64,000 nt of DNA from the IMG/VR virus record IMGVR_UViG_3300045988_148972; one strand, given 5' to 3'. The DNA comes from a virus. A program made the translations under genes and the position numbers. Positions within the stretch are counted from its first letter, which is position 1. Each line of letters begins with the position of its first letter. The notes under the pieces are model-generated. The model had not been told where the DNA came from. It ran no database searches and was given only the letters and a program-made list of their open reading frames with translations. Positions 10,029 to 17,805 of the stretch are shown here, in pieces.

Positions 10029-11501
10029 ATGTCGGCAGAACTGTTTAATGATAAAGGTCCCTGTGCTTGCAGTGAGCAAGCTATTCCGATTAACAGGGCA
10101 GAAGTTCTGGGCGGCAACGTCTGGAGCTGTGTCCGCAACAATGGCAACAACGCATGGTATGTGAACATGGGCAATGGTAACTTGAACAACAACAACACGA
10201 ACAACACCTATAGTGTGGTGCCGGCCTCCGATTTATCAGAAAAAGTGTCCGCCTGGATAGCTGCCGAAAGTGATTGCTATAAAAACAAGCACGCATCGCT
10301 CGAAGCGGCATCGTTTCATTTCAACCTGTCGCGTATTTATGAATTGATAAACAGAATAAACAATGGCTACCAGCCACAGACAAGCATCTGTTTTGTCCTC
10401 GACTACCCCGTGTATAGAGAAGTTTTCGCCGCCAACTACACCGACCGTATCGTACACCACTACGTCGCCCCGATGCTTGGCGAGATATGTGAGAAAGTAC
10501 ACGAAGCCAATGGCGATGTAAGCCACGGCAACCGTATCAGACACTCCGCATCTACAGCCATCGAGCAGATACAGCGGAATATCCGTGATGTAACGGACGG
10601 CTACACAAAGGAAGCCTTCGTAGCCACAATGGATATATCAGGCTTCTTTATGTCGATAGACAAGGAAACCGCATACCGCATCTTGCGGAAATACGCCGAT
10701 ATGTACTACGACAAACCCGATAAAGAAGAAAAACTCTCTCTGCTTCACACCCTGATACAACACAATCCGGCCACAGACTGCGAGCGACATTCCGACATAA
10801 GAATGTGGGATAAAGTCCCGCCCAACAAAAGCCTTTTCGGACTTCCACCCGACAAAGGACTCCCGATAGGAAACTTCTATTCCCAACTCCTCGCAAACCT
10901 TGTGATAGCCGAAGCTGATGCGGAAATGATAAAAACCGGAGTGAAATACACACGGTTTGTAGATGATATATGCGTGGTGGCAGAAACATCAGCCGAAATA
11001 ATCCATGCCCGGAAAGTATTCATTAAAGCGATCGGACGGCTGAAACTAAAAGTCCATCCCGATAAATTCTACATACAGCCGGCCTCACACGGAGTAAAGT
11101 TCTGCGGAAAGGTAGTAAAGCTGAACCGTATCTACATATCCAACCGTACGGTACACGCCCTTCATACAGCAATAGAAGAATACAGCCGGATGCCGTCGTA
11201 CAGCAATGCCGTACACGTCATGCAAAGCATAAACAGCTATTTCGGGCTGATGAAAGGAACAGCGTCCTTCAATATTAAAAAGCGTATAGCCGGGAAAGTC
11301 CTGGAAACATTCTCCGAATGGCTGTATTTCCGCAACAAAAACGGCCGGTTCGTCTGTGTGTTGAAAAGCAAGTACAAACCTAACAAGACATCATATCTAA
11401 ACCTGAACGACTATGCTTCCATATTCAGACCGCCGACAAGGTGCTATCCGAAAAGGAGGCTGCCCTTACAACTCCGCGAACCTGCATATCTGCGAGCATA
11501 A
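10029..11501 (+). CDS. DGR reverse transcriptase
   Basis: Carries the DGR-specific LPIGNFYSQ motif and the YTRFVDDICVV catalytic box. The ORF as drawn begins upstream of the TR and reads through it in frame. The true start may lie after the TR, for example the GTG near 10246, because there is no in-frame ATG between the TR and the RT domain. Confidence 0.9.
   Translation: MSAELFNDKGPCACSEQAIPINRAEVLGGNVWSCVRNNGNNAWYVNMGNGNLNNNNTNNTYSVVPASDLSEKVSAWIAAESDCYKNKHASLEAASFHFNLSRIYELINRINNGYQPQTSICFVLDYPVYREVFAANYTDRIVHHYVAPMLGEICEKVHEANGDVSHGNRIRHSASTAIEQIQRNIRDVTDGYTKEAFVATMDISGFFMSIDKETAYRILRKYADMYYDKPDKEEKLSLLHTLIQHNPATDCERHSDIRMWDKVPPNKSLFGLPPDKGLPIGNFYSQLLANLVIAEADAEMIKTGVKYTRFVDDICVVAETSAEIIHARKVFIKAIGRLKLKVHPDKFYIQPASHGVKFCGKVVKLNRIYISNRTVHALHTAIEEYSRMPSYSNAVHVMQSINSYFGLMKGTASFNIKKRIAGKVLETFSEWLYFRNKNGRFVCVLKSKYKPNKTSYLNLNDYASIFRPPTRCYPKRRLPLQLREPAYLRA
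10104..10236 (+). repeat. DGR template repeat (TR)
   Basis: Cognate of the VR. Rich in AAC codons (encodes ..NNGNNAWYVNMGNGNLNNNNTNNTY..). By my count it has about 38 adenines, of which 12 differ in the VR. Confidence 0.9.
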
Positions 11502-11538
11502 CGGACAACTGATAGCAACATTTAAAACCATAAACAAC

Positions 11539-12246
11539 ATGAAGTACGCAAAAATCGAAAACGACGAATTCCTCATTAAGGAATTTGAAAAGGGTATCGA
11601 GGTAGGCGGCAAGCTTACCGAAGAAGAAATAATCGCACAAGGTTATAAACCTTTATGTGAAGTAGAAAAACCTGATGGAGCAGAAGGTTTTGTATATAAA
11701 GATTACGGAACCTGTTATGTGCAGATATGGAAGATGCCAGGCGAGGATATACGTCCGGATGAAATATGGACTTCCGATAGTGGGATCATGCCTGAATTTT
11801 CCGATTTGCAAAGGCTGCAAAAAGACATTGCTATGATAAACGAGAATATTAATTCACTTAACCTTACCAGTAATGAAGCTTTTGAAGTTAAAGAGTTTTA
11901 TCCTGAATGGTCTGCCGATTCTGTAGAAGTAAAGAAAGGTGAAAGATATCAGCTAAACGGAAAGCTTTATGAAGTAGTACAAGATCATACCACACAGGCT
12001 AACTGGTCACCTGAAAATCAATCTTCTTTATGGGTTGAAGTTACAGAAAGCCATGCAGGTACATTTGACGATCCAATACCGTATAACGAAGAGTTAGATC
12101 CGATGTGGCAGGGAATGGTACTTGAAGAAGGGAAATATTATACTCAGGGTGGAGTAGTATATAAGTGTATAAGAAATACCGGAAACAAGGTTACACAGAA
12201 TCTTGCCGATTTGGTTTCCGGAGGATTTGTAGAACAAGTTAAATAA
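11539..12246 (+). CDS. Tail-associated protein with a CBM5/12-like aromatic motif, paralog of 5480..6124
   Basis: The track ORF 11413.. overlaps the RT; ATG 11539 (MKYAKIEN) follows the RT stop. Contains YPEWSADSVEVKKGERYQLNGKLYEVVQDHTTQANWSPENQSSLW, reminiscent of chitin/carbohydrate-binding type-3 domains. The C-terminal block is shared with 5480..6124. Confidence 0.6.
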   Translation: MKYAKIENDEFLIKEFEKGIEVGGKLTEEEIIAQGYKPLCEVEKPDGAEGFVYKDYGTCYVQIWKMPGEDIRPDEIWTSDSGIMPEFSDLQRLQKDIAMINENINSLNLTSNEAFEVKEFYPEWSADSVEVKKGERYQLNGKLYEVVQDHTTQANWSPENQSSLWVEVTESHAGTFDDPIPYNEELDPMWQGMVLEEGKYYTQGGVVYKCIRNTGNKVTQNLADLVSGGFVEQVK

Positions 12247-12253
12247 TAGAATT

Positions 12254-12577
12254 ATGAAATTTTTTGATTGGTTAAAAGAAAGCAACCGGCTTTCTCACCT
12301 GAAAGTTGGTTTTGCCATTTGGATTGTTGTAATGCTTATCGGATGCTCCATGTTGAGCATGTTCGAAGAAGTTACTGATTTTGAACTTATGCAGGCGCAA
12401 GCCATTACGATTACATGCTCCTTGCTAGCAGATTTAACCGTATTTATTTCCATGTGTGCCGTGGAATATGTACAGAAATCATCCGGCATAGGTAAGTTTG
12501 ACTGGCTCGATATTCTGGCAGGGATGATTACTCCTCTAATTATTACTATTGTAATTGTAATTATATATCTATTATAA
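12254..12577 (+). CDS. Small membrane protein (about 3 TM helices), holin-class candidate
   Basis: 107 aa with three long hydrophobic stretches. Lies at the head of the lysis region. Confidence 0.5.
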   Translation: MKFFDWLKESNRLSHLKVGFAIWIVVMLIGCSMLSMFEEVTDFELMQAQAITITCSLLADLTVFISMCAVEYVQKSSGIGKFDWLDILAGMITPLIITIVIVIIYLL

Positions 12578-12711
12578 ATAATTTTAGATATTTGAATAGC
12601 CCAATTAAAAACATTAAAATATATTTTCCTATTAATATTTTTTGTAATTTAGCGGCGTAATAGGGAAAACAGGGAATCCCTTTTTATGAGAGTTTTATCA
12701 ACACACAGAAA

Positions 12712-12737
12712 GGAGACAAGCGATTGTTTCCTTTTTT
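12712..12737 (+). terminator. Rho-independent terminator
   Basis: GGAGACAA-gcga-TTGTTTCC (8 bp including one G-U), followed by TTTTTT. Confidence 0.55.
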
Positions 12738-12796
12738 GTCCTCCTTTGAACCGTATTTTTTTGTCCTTCACTCTTCTATATTCTCTTTATAACTTT
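12733..12796 (+). promoter_or_regulatory. Recurrent TTTTTGTCCTTCA element (plus an upstream half copy TGTCCTCC) with a -7 box TAACTTTG
   Basis: TGTCCTCC at 12737..12744, TGTCCTTCA at 12762..12770, TAACTTTG at 12789..12796. ATG at 12841. Confidence 0.6.
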
Positions 12797-12840
12797 GTAT
12801 TGCAACAAAAACCAAATGTTTAACTAAAAACGACGACAAA

Positions 12841-13239
12841 ATGAAAAAGATGATTTTAATGTTTGCAATGCTGATCTCTGCATTGACCGTTTTCGCGCAG
12901 GGCGCTGTAACCTCTGAACCTTCTACTGCCGGATTCGTAATCGACCTGGGAACGTTCACCGGAATCGTAGCACTTATCTCGGCTATCGTGACGCAGATCC
13001 TGAAAGTAATTCCTGCCATTTCAGGAAGCAAGCTCGCAAAAATCGGTGTGAGCGTGGCGGTAGGTATGGTGGTTTGCGTGCTGGCATGGGCGCTTCAGCT
13101 TACTCCTCTGCTCGAAGGATACCAATGGTGGGGAACGCTTATTTACGGACTGGCTGCCGGACTTAGTGGATGCGGTTTCTACGATGTGGTAAAAGCTATT
13201 GCCGCTCTTTTTAAGGATAATACGGAAGAGATGGAATAA
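12841..13239 (+). CDS. Membrane protein with an N-terminal signal-like helix and about 3 TM segments, holin candidate
   Basis: 132 aa with several Gly/Ala-rich hydrophobic helices and a charged C-terminal tail (KDNTEEME). Upstream of the endolysin. Confidence 0.5.
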   Translation: MKKMILMFAMLISALTVFAQGAVTSEPSTAGFVIDLGTFTGIVALISAIVTQILKVIPAISGSKLAKIGVSVAVGMVVCVLAWALQLTPLLEGYQWWGTLIYGLAAGLSGCGFYDVVKAIAALFKDNTEEME

Positions 13240-13263
13240 CGGGAAATCGGAAGGAGGCACGGA

Positions 13264-13896
13264 ATGGACGCAGAAATGGTGACGGCCATAAGCGCAGCTG
13301 TAGTTTCCGTGGGTACCTTGATTTTTACTCAGTACAACAAAATGACGCAGAAGTATCGTGACAAGATGAACGATATGAAGTTGGAACGGTACAAGCAGGA
13401 AACCGAACGTCTTAGCTTCAAGCGAAGCGAGAACACGGCAAAGGTATTTGGTGAGCTGTGGAAGGTGCTCTACGAGACAAAGGCCGACAGGGTGTACATC
13501 GTACAGCCGCACCCGCTGGGTAACGCAGCCTTCCTTTCCATCTATTTCGAAGTGAAACGCAAGGGGGTATCGGGCATGAAAGACAACGTGCAGCGGCTCC
13601 CTATGAGCGAAATGGCAGTATTCAGCAGAGGACTGGCCGAAAACCTGTTTCTCTGCTATACGGATATAGATTCTCAAGTGAAGGACAAGATGGCCAAATC
13701 CCTGTTTATAACCAATGGCTGTCGCGCCGTGGCCATAAAGAGGCTGAACAGCGCTTCCGACTGGGTAGGAAACATCTTCTGCGAGTTTACCGACGAAATG
13801 GAGGTAAGTGAGGAACAAGCCCATAAGGTGCTGCACGATGCAGCAGTGAACATACAGTTCATTCTTCCGGAATACCGGGAGAATCCCTATAAATAG
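13264..13896 (+). CDS. Hypothetical protein with a single N-terminal TM helix
   Basis: 210 aa. Hydrophobic residues 6-23, then a soluble domain. Lies in the lysis cassette, so a lysis regulator is possible but unproven. Confidence 0.55.
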   Translation: MDAEMVTAISAAVVSVGTLIFTQYNKMTQKYRDKMNDMKLERYKQETERLSFKRSENTAKVFGELWKVLYETKADRVYIVQPHPLGNAAFLSIYFEVKRKGVSGMKDNVQRLPMSEMAVFSRGLAENLFLCYTDIDSQVKDKMAKSLFITNGCRAVAIKRLNSASDWVGNIFCEFTDEMEVSEEQAHKVLHDAAVNIQFILPEYRENPYK

Positions 13897-13925
13897 AGTT
13901 ACAAACCAAAAACACAACACAAACA

Positions 13926-14501
13926 ATGGACGAAATCAGTTTTAAGAAGGGAGCTGAAGGCTATGTGGCCGAATATACTTCCGAAGGACGTACAATGGTG
14001 CAGATTCAGGGTGTGAAAAGCGGAAGGCTTTCAATCTACCAGTTTATTGACACCATGGAACCCGTCGCAATGGATACGGTGAATTTCACAAATTCAGTAA
14101 TTGAAATCAATGTACCTGCCGGCATGAAGGTACGGCTTCTGAGCGATGTGGAGGTGAAAAAAGTCAAGGCATTGGTCATCAAGGATACCGAAGCAGCCGG
14201 AGGTGGCGGCGGAGGTGAAAGCTATGTGCTCCCGAAAGCAACCGATTCTGCTTTGGGAGGAATCCAGACCGGCTATTCTGAAAACAGCAAGAATTATGCT
14301 GTGAAAGTAGATGGCAGCGGGAAAGCCTATGTAACAGTAAGCTGGACCGATACAACTTATACAAATGCCACATCAGGAACACCAGGTTTGGTAAAACAGG
14401 GTGCCCATGTAACAGATGCTACAGGTTCGGAAGATGCACATACCGTACTGAACAAGCTGATTGACGAGCTTGAAAAGGCCGGAGTTCTGGCTTCTGCATA
14501 A
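13926..14501 (+). CDS. Fibre-like structural protein
   Basis: Gly6 linker, then LPKATDSALGGIQTGY...GTPGLVKQ motifs typical of phage fibre proteins. Confidence 0.5.
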   Translation: MDEISFKKGAEGYVAEYTSEGRTMVQIQGVKSGRLSIYQFIDTMEPVAMDTVNFTNSVIEINVPAGMKVRLLSDVEVKKVKALVIKDTEAAGGGGGGESYVLPKATDSALGGIQTGYSENSKNYAVKVDGSGKAYVTVSWTDTTYTNATSGTPGLVKQGAHVTDATGSEDAHTVLNKLIDELEKAGVLASA

Positions 14502-14537
14502 CCACAGTCACAACACAAAAACTAAACTAGACACGAC

Positions 14538-15110
14538 ATGAAAATCTGGATTGATAACGGTCATGGTGCAGACACCAAAGGGAAGCAGTCGCCAGACGGA
14601 CGGTTGCGCGAATATGCCTATGCACGCGACATTGCACGCCGCGTGGTGGATGCGCTAAAAAAGAAAGGGCTCGACGCGCAGCTGCTCGTTCCGGAAGAGG
14701 AAGACATTTCGCTTCAGGAACGGTGCGCACGCGCCAACCGGGTGAAAGACAGCATCCTGGTATCCGTCCATTGCAACGCTGCCGGAAGCGGCACGCAGTG
14801 GATGACCGCACGCGGATGGGAAGCATGGACCAGCGTAGGTCAGACCAAGGCCGACAAACTGGCCGAATGTCTGTATCAGAGTGCGGAGCAGGTGCTGAAA
14901 GGCATGAAGCTTCGAAAGGACACCACCGACGGTGACAGCGACAAGGAAAGCGGTTTCTATATTCTGAAACACACTGCATGCCCGGCCGTGCTGACGGAAA
15001 ACCTTTTCCAGGACAATCGCGAAGATGTGGACTTCCTTCTGTCGGATGAAGGCCGCCAGAAGATTGTCACGCTGCATGTGCAGGGAATCTGTAAATACCT
15101 GGGCGTATGA
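14538..15110 (+). CDS. Endolysin, N-acetylmuramoyl-L-alanine amidase (Amidase_3 type)
   Basis: IWIDNGHGADTKGK...SVHCNAAGSG...GFYILKHTACPAVLTENLFQDN matches the Amidase_3 zinc-amidase signature. Confidence 0.8.
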   Translation: MKIWIDNGHGADTKGKQSPDGRLREYAYARDIARRVVDALKKKGLDAQLLVPEEEDISLQERCARANRVKDSILVSVHCNAAGSGTQWMTARGWEAWTSVGQTKADKLAECLYQSAEQVLKGMKLRKDTTDGDSDKESGFYILKHTACPAVLTENLFQDNREDVDFLLSDEGRQKIVTLHVQGICKYLGV

Positions 15111-15661
15111 AACAGCTCCCGTGGATACTGGTAAGCTTGCTGTCGGCCGCGCTCATCTTTGCGCTTTTCTTCCGTGGATGCGCGTCGCCGCAGTCTGGAC
15201 AGGGTGATACCGTATGGCTTCCCGTAAGGGTAGATACGATACGCGACACGGCAGTTGCTACTCCCGTGTCAGAACGTCCTGCAGGAACAGACACCGCACG
15301 CCTTCCGGTATATCGTCCGCAGAAACCGTCCGGACCAGCTTCCATCCCGGACAGCATAGCGGACACGGTTACGGTTGTTTCTGATTCGCTTTCTACAGGG
15401 ACCGACAGCGTGGACGTGATTATTCCTCTTACAGAGAAGGAATACCGCACGGACGACTACCGGATAGTCATTTCAGGGTACCACCCTAAACTGATCTCGG
15501 TAGAGCTTTACCGCCGAATACAGACAGGTGTAGTAAACGCGCCGGCGCCGAAAAAAAAGAGGTGGGGGATAGGACTGAGCGTAGGATACGGAATAGGGCT
15601 TTCAGGGAAGACAGAACCGTTTCTGGGCGTTACGCTTAATTACAACCTGCTGCAATGGTAG
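15107..15661 (+). CDS. Spanin-like lipoprotein / outer-membrane-targeted lysis accessory protein
   Basis: The start overlaps the endolysin stop (ATGA). Signal peptide ending FFRGC (lipobox-like Cys), Pro/Thr-rich linker, and a Gly-rich C-terminus ending in an aromatic residue (..LGVTLNYNLLQW). Confidence 0.5.
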   Translation: MKQLPWILVSLLSAALIFALFFRGCASPQSGQGDTVWLPVRVDTIRDTAVATPVSERPAGTDTARLPVYRPQKPSGPASIPDSIADTVTVVSDSLSTGTDSVDVIIPLTEKEYRTDDYRIVISGYHPKLISVELYRRIQTGVVNAPAPKKKRWGIGLSVGYGIGLSGKTEPFLGVTLNYNLLQW

Positions 15662-15728
15662 CGGCAGGTTGTTTCTTTAAACACAAGAGAAAAACACAGG
15701 GCAGACGTGCCCGATAAACAAAGAAACG

Positions 15729-16034
15729 ATGAGTAAGAGTGAGATTTTTAACACCATCCTCCGCATGGTATCGGAGGAAACGGAAATACCGTCTGCACAG
15801 ATCCTTTCTGGCAGGAAGGACACAGAGACGGTAGATGCACGCTATCTGCTCGTGCATTTCCTTTTTCAGAGCGGATTGAATCCGTCGTATATCGCTGCAC
15901 GAATCGGAAAGACGGAGCGTGCCGTCAACCAGATTCATACCAATTTTGACCAGCGTCTCAGCACACAGAAAATATTCAGAATAAGTTGCGAAAGAATCAG
16001 GAAGAGGTTAGGAAATAACTCATTCCCAGAGTAA
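15729..16034 (+). CDS. Small HTH protein resembling DnaA domain IV
   Basis: ..TETVDARYLLVHFLFQSGLNPSYIAARIGKTERAVNQI.. resembles the DnaA C-terminal DNA-binding helix pattern. Weak, by eye only. Confidence 0.4.
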   Translation: MSKSEIFNTILRMVSEETEIPSAQILSGRKDTETVDARYLLVHFLFQSGLNPSYIAARIGKTERAVNQIHTNFDQRLSTQKIFRISCERIRKRLGNNSFPE

Positions 16035-16098
16035 TGTTTCGTCCGTGCCTTTGTCATGTCGGGCAATAGTGCCAGGCACAACACAAACACAAAACAGT

Positions 16099-16611
16099 AT
16101 GACTATCAAAGGTATGGACGGGCAGAGTTACAACGTAACTGGCCAGGGACAAGGTAATTTCAACACTGTGGGTGCAGCAGCTGGTATCGCATCATTTTTG
16201 GGAATCAACGGTGGTAACATTCTGGGCCGTAACGGCTGGGGATGGAACGGAGAAGGATGTTGCTCAGACAACATGCCGGTAACTCGTTATGAGCTCGGTA
16301 TGGTAGAGCAACTGAATGCAAAGGATTCAGAAATCGCTTTGCTGAAGGCTGACAAGTACACAGACCAGAAGATCGTGGAAGCCTACAAGGACTTGCAGGG
16401 TCAGATCAAGGAACTTGCAGTGGAAGTTCGTTCCAACAAGGACGCTCAGACAGCTGTCAACATGCAGCAGGCCGTTTACAACGGTACCAACACCGCTACT
16501 CTGCAGTGTATGCAGAACAGCATCGCCGCTTTGCAGGCTATCACTAAGACATACATTCCTTCAAGCAACGTATGTCAGTCTGACTGCTGCGGATGTGTAT
16601 CTGCTCAGTAA
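16099..16611 (+). CDS. Gly/Cys-rich coiled-coil protein of unknown function
   Basis: The track ORF starts at GTG 16045; the first ATG (MTIKGMDG) is at 16099, after a CA-rich leader. Gly-rich N-terminus, CC and CC.C cysteine clusters, central heptad-like region. Confidence 0.6.
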   Translation: MTIKGMDGQSYNVTGQGQGNFNTVGAAAGIASFLGINGGNILGRNGWGWNGEGCCSDNMPVTRYELGMVEQLNAKDSEIALLKADKYTDQKIVEAYKDLQGQIKELAVEVRSNKDAQTAVNMQQAVYNGTNTATLQCMQNSIAALQAITKTYIPSSNVCQSDCCGCVSAQ

Positions 16612-16628
16612 TCAACTGCTGAAATCCA

Positions 16629-16653
16629 GGGGAGGGCATAGGCCTTCCCCTTT
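16629..16653 (+). terminator. Stem-loop followed by a short T-run
   Basis: GGGGAGGGC-atag-GCCTTCCCC (9 bp, one G-U), followed by TTT. Confidence 0.45.
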
Positions 16654-16701
16654 CCCTTATGATTTTCATACTCCACACAAACAACTCAAACACGCAGCAC
16701 A

Positions 16702-17193
16702 ATGACAAACGCACAGATTCTGACCGCTGTCATCCTGAAATGGGGTGAGCCGGTCATTCCGGTTATGATGGGCAATATGCTCAATGGTATTTCTGCCGGC
16801 ATGCTTCCGGTAGAAAAGTTATTCAAGTCAATCGGACTTGCAGGTCCAGGATGGCAGATTTCCAATGAAATCAATTCTCTGGCATCTTTAGGAGGGACAA
16901 AATTGCTCCGTCCGTTTCTTGAACAATTTGTATCCCGCATTCCGGACGATATGATTCCGGAACTGGCTCACGGGTATGTAGATTCTGCAATCCAGCAGGG
17001 AAAGCTTTCTGTAATCGACGGATTTTTCACTTTCGACCGAGATGACCTGGTAGAACTGAAAAAATACCTTGATTGCAACCTCCCGTATCAGAAGTCGGAA
17101 GAATATGTGGTAAAAATTCCGCAGGCACAGCCGTCGCAGCCACAACCGCAGCCGGCACCAAAGAATGAAACACGAGAAAAGGAAGAGAAATAA
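16702..17193 (+). CDS. Hypothetical protein (163 aa)
   Basis: ATG ORF after a CA-rich leader. C-terminal PQ-repeat tail. No recognised motif. Confidence 0.6.
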   Translation: MTNAQILTAVILKWGEPVIPVMMGNMLNGISAGMLPVEKLFKSIGLAGPGWQISNEINSLASLGGTKLLRPFLEQFVSRIPDDMIPELAHGYVDSAIQQGKLSVIDGFFTFDRDDLVELKKYLDCNLPYQKSEEYVVKIPQAQPSQPQPQPAPKNETREKEEK

Positions 17194-17252
17194 GGCCGAG
17201 GGCAGGCGGCACGTAGTCCTGTCATAACACAACACAAACACAACCAAAAGCT

Positions 17253-17657
17253 ATGATTCAATTAAATCCAATTGCAATCGCGGCTACCAGCCAGCAATAC
17301 TTGGCTAATGTAGTCGAAAACTTGTGCCAGCCATTCTGCTCCACAGGTTCTATACAGCCTACGGGTGGTGTAAACTACATGGTCGTTGAACAGAGTACCA
17401 ACGATACGGTAACAACTGTCACCATCAACGCAGCTGTTACAGTGGTTTATCAGCCCAAGAACTCCTGCCGCTCCGTGGTAAAGCAGTTCACCGAGCAGTT
17501 CAAAGTGGCATTTGTCGGTGCGGCAAACGCTGTTCCTACCATCTCCATTACCACGCTGAACACGCAGATCAGTCCTGAGAACGTGAAATGCTGCAACCGT
17601 GCGTATGCAGTGAGTCTTGCTACTCCGATCACGATTACTGCTACCTTTCCCGCTTAA
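17253..17657 (+). CDS. Hypothetical Cys-containing, beta-rich protein (134 aa)
   Basis: ATG ORF after a CA-rich leader. Thr/Val-rich, with several cysteines including a CC pair. Confidence 0.6.
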   Translation: MIQLNPIAIAATSQQYLANVVENLCQPFCSTGSIQPTGGVNYMVVEQSTNDTVTTVTINAAVTVVYQPKNSCRSVVKQFTEQFKVAFVGAANAVPTISITTLNTQISPENVKCCNRAYAVSLATPITITATFPA

Positions 17658-17749
17658 CGAAGTTCAGGCAGCCGCATTTAGCGCTTTCAGTCTGGCTTCG
17701 GCAGATGAACCCGTAAAAAAGCGAAGGAAAAGGAAAAATGTTTGAGTGG

Positions 17750-17777
17750 CTTCCCGTCCGTGAGGGCGGGAAGTTTT
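17750..17777 (+). terminator. Rho-independent terminator
   Basis: CTTCCCGTCC-gtga-GGGCGGGAAG (10 bp, one G-U), then TTTT. Confidence 0.6.
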
Positions 17778-17805
17778 GAAGGAACTAATTTTAAACTATT
17801 GAGAT

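Noticed and set aside
10029-11501. RT considered as a retron, group II intron or Abi-type RT
   Set aside because: A cognate TR/VR pair with adenine-only differences, an Avd-position ORF and the IGNFYSQ motif point to a DGR. No msr/msd-like inverted repeats or intron domains are evident.
13021-13926. 301-aa ORF on the - strand
   Set aside because: It is entirely antisense to two well-packed + strand genes (12841..13239 and 13264..13896) in a GC-richer block. Its composition is His/Leu/Val-rich and of low information, and it has no own intergenic space. It is a typical shadow ORF.
14527-15450. Several - strand and alternate-frame ORFs (14527..14979, 14655..15077, 14723..14935, 15067..15450)
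   Set aside because: They overlap the Amidase_3 endolysin and the spanin-like gene. Arg/Cys/Pro-rich translations are characteristic of wrong frames in GC-rich coding DNA.
16415-16705. 96-aa alternate-frame ORF
   Set aside because: It lies within 16099..16611 in another frame and runs across the stem-loop at 16629..16653.
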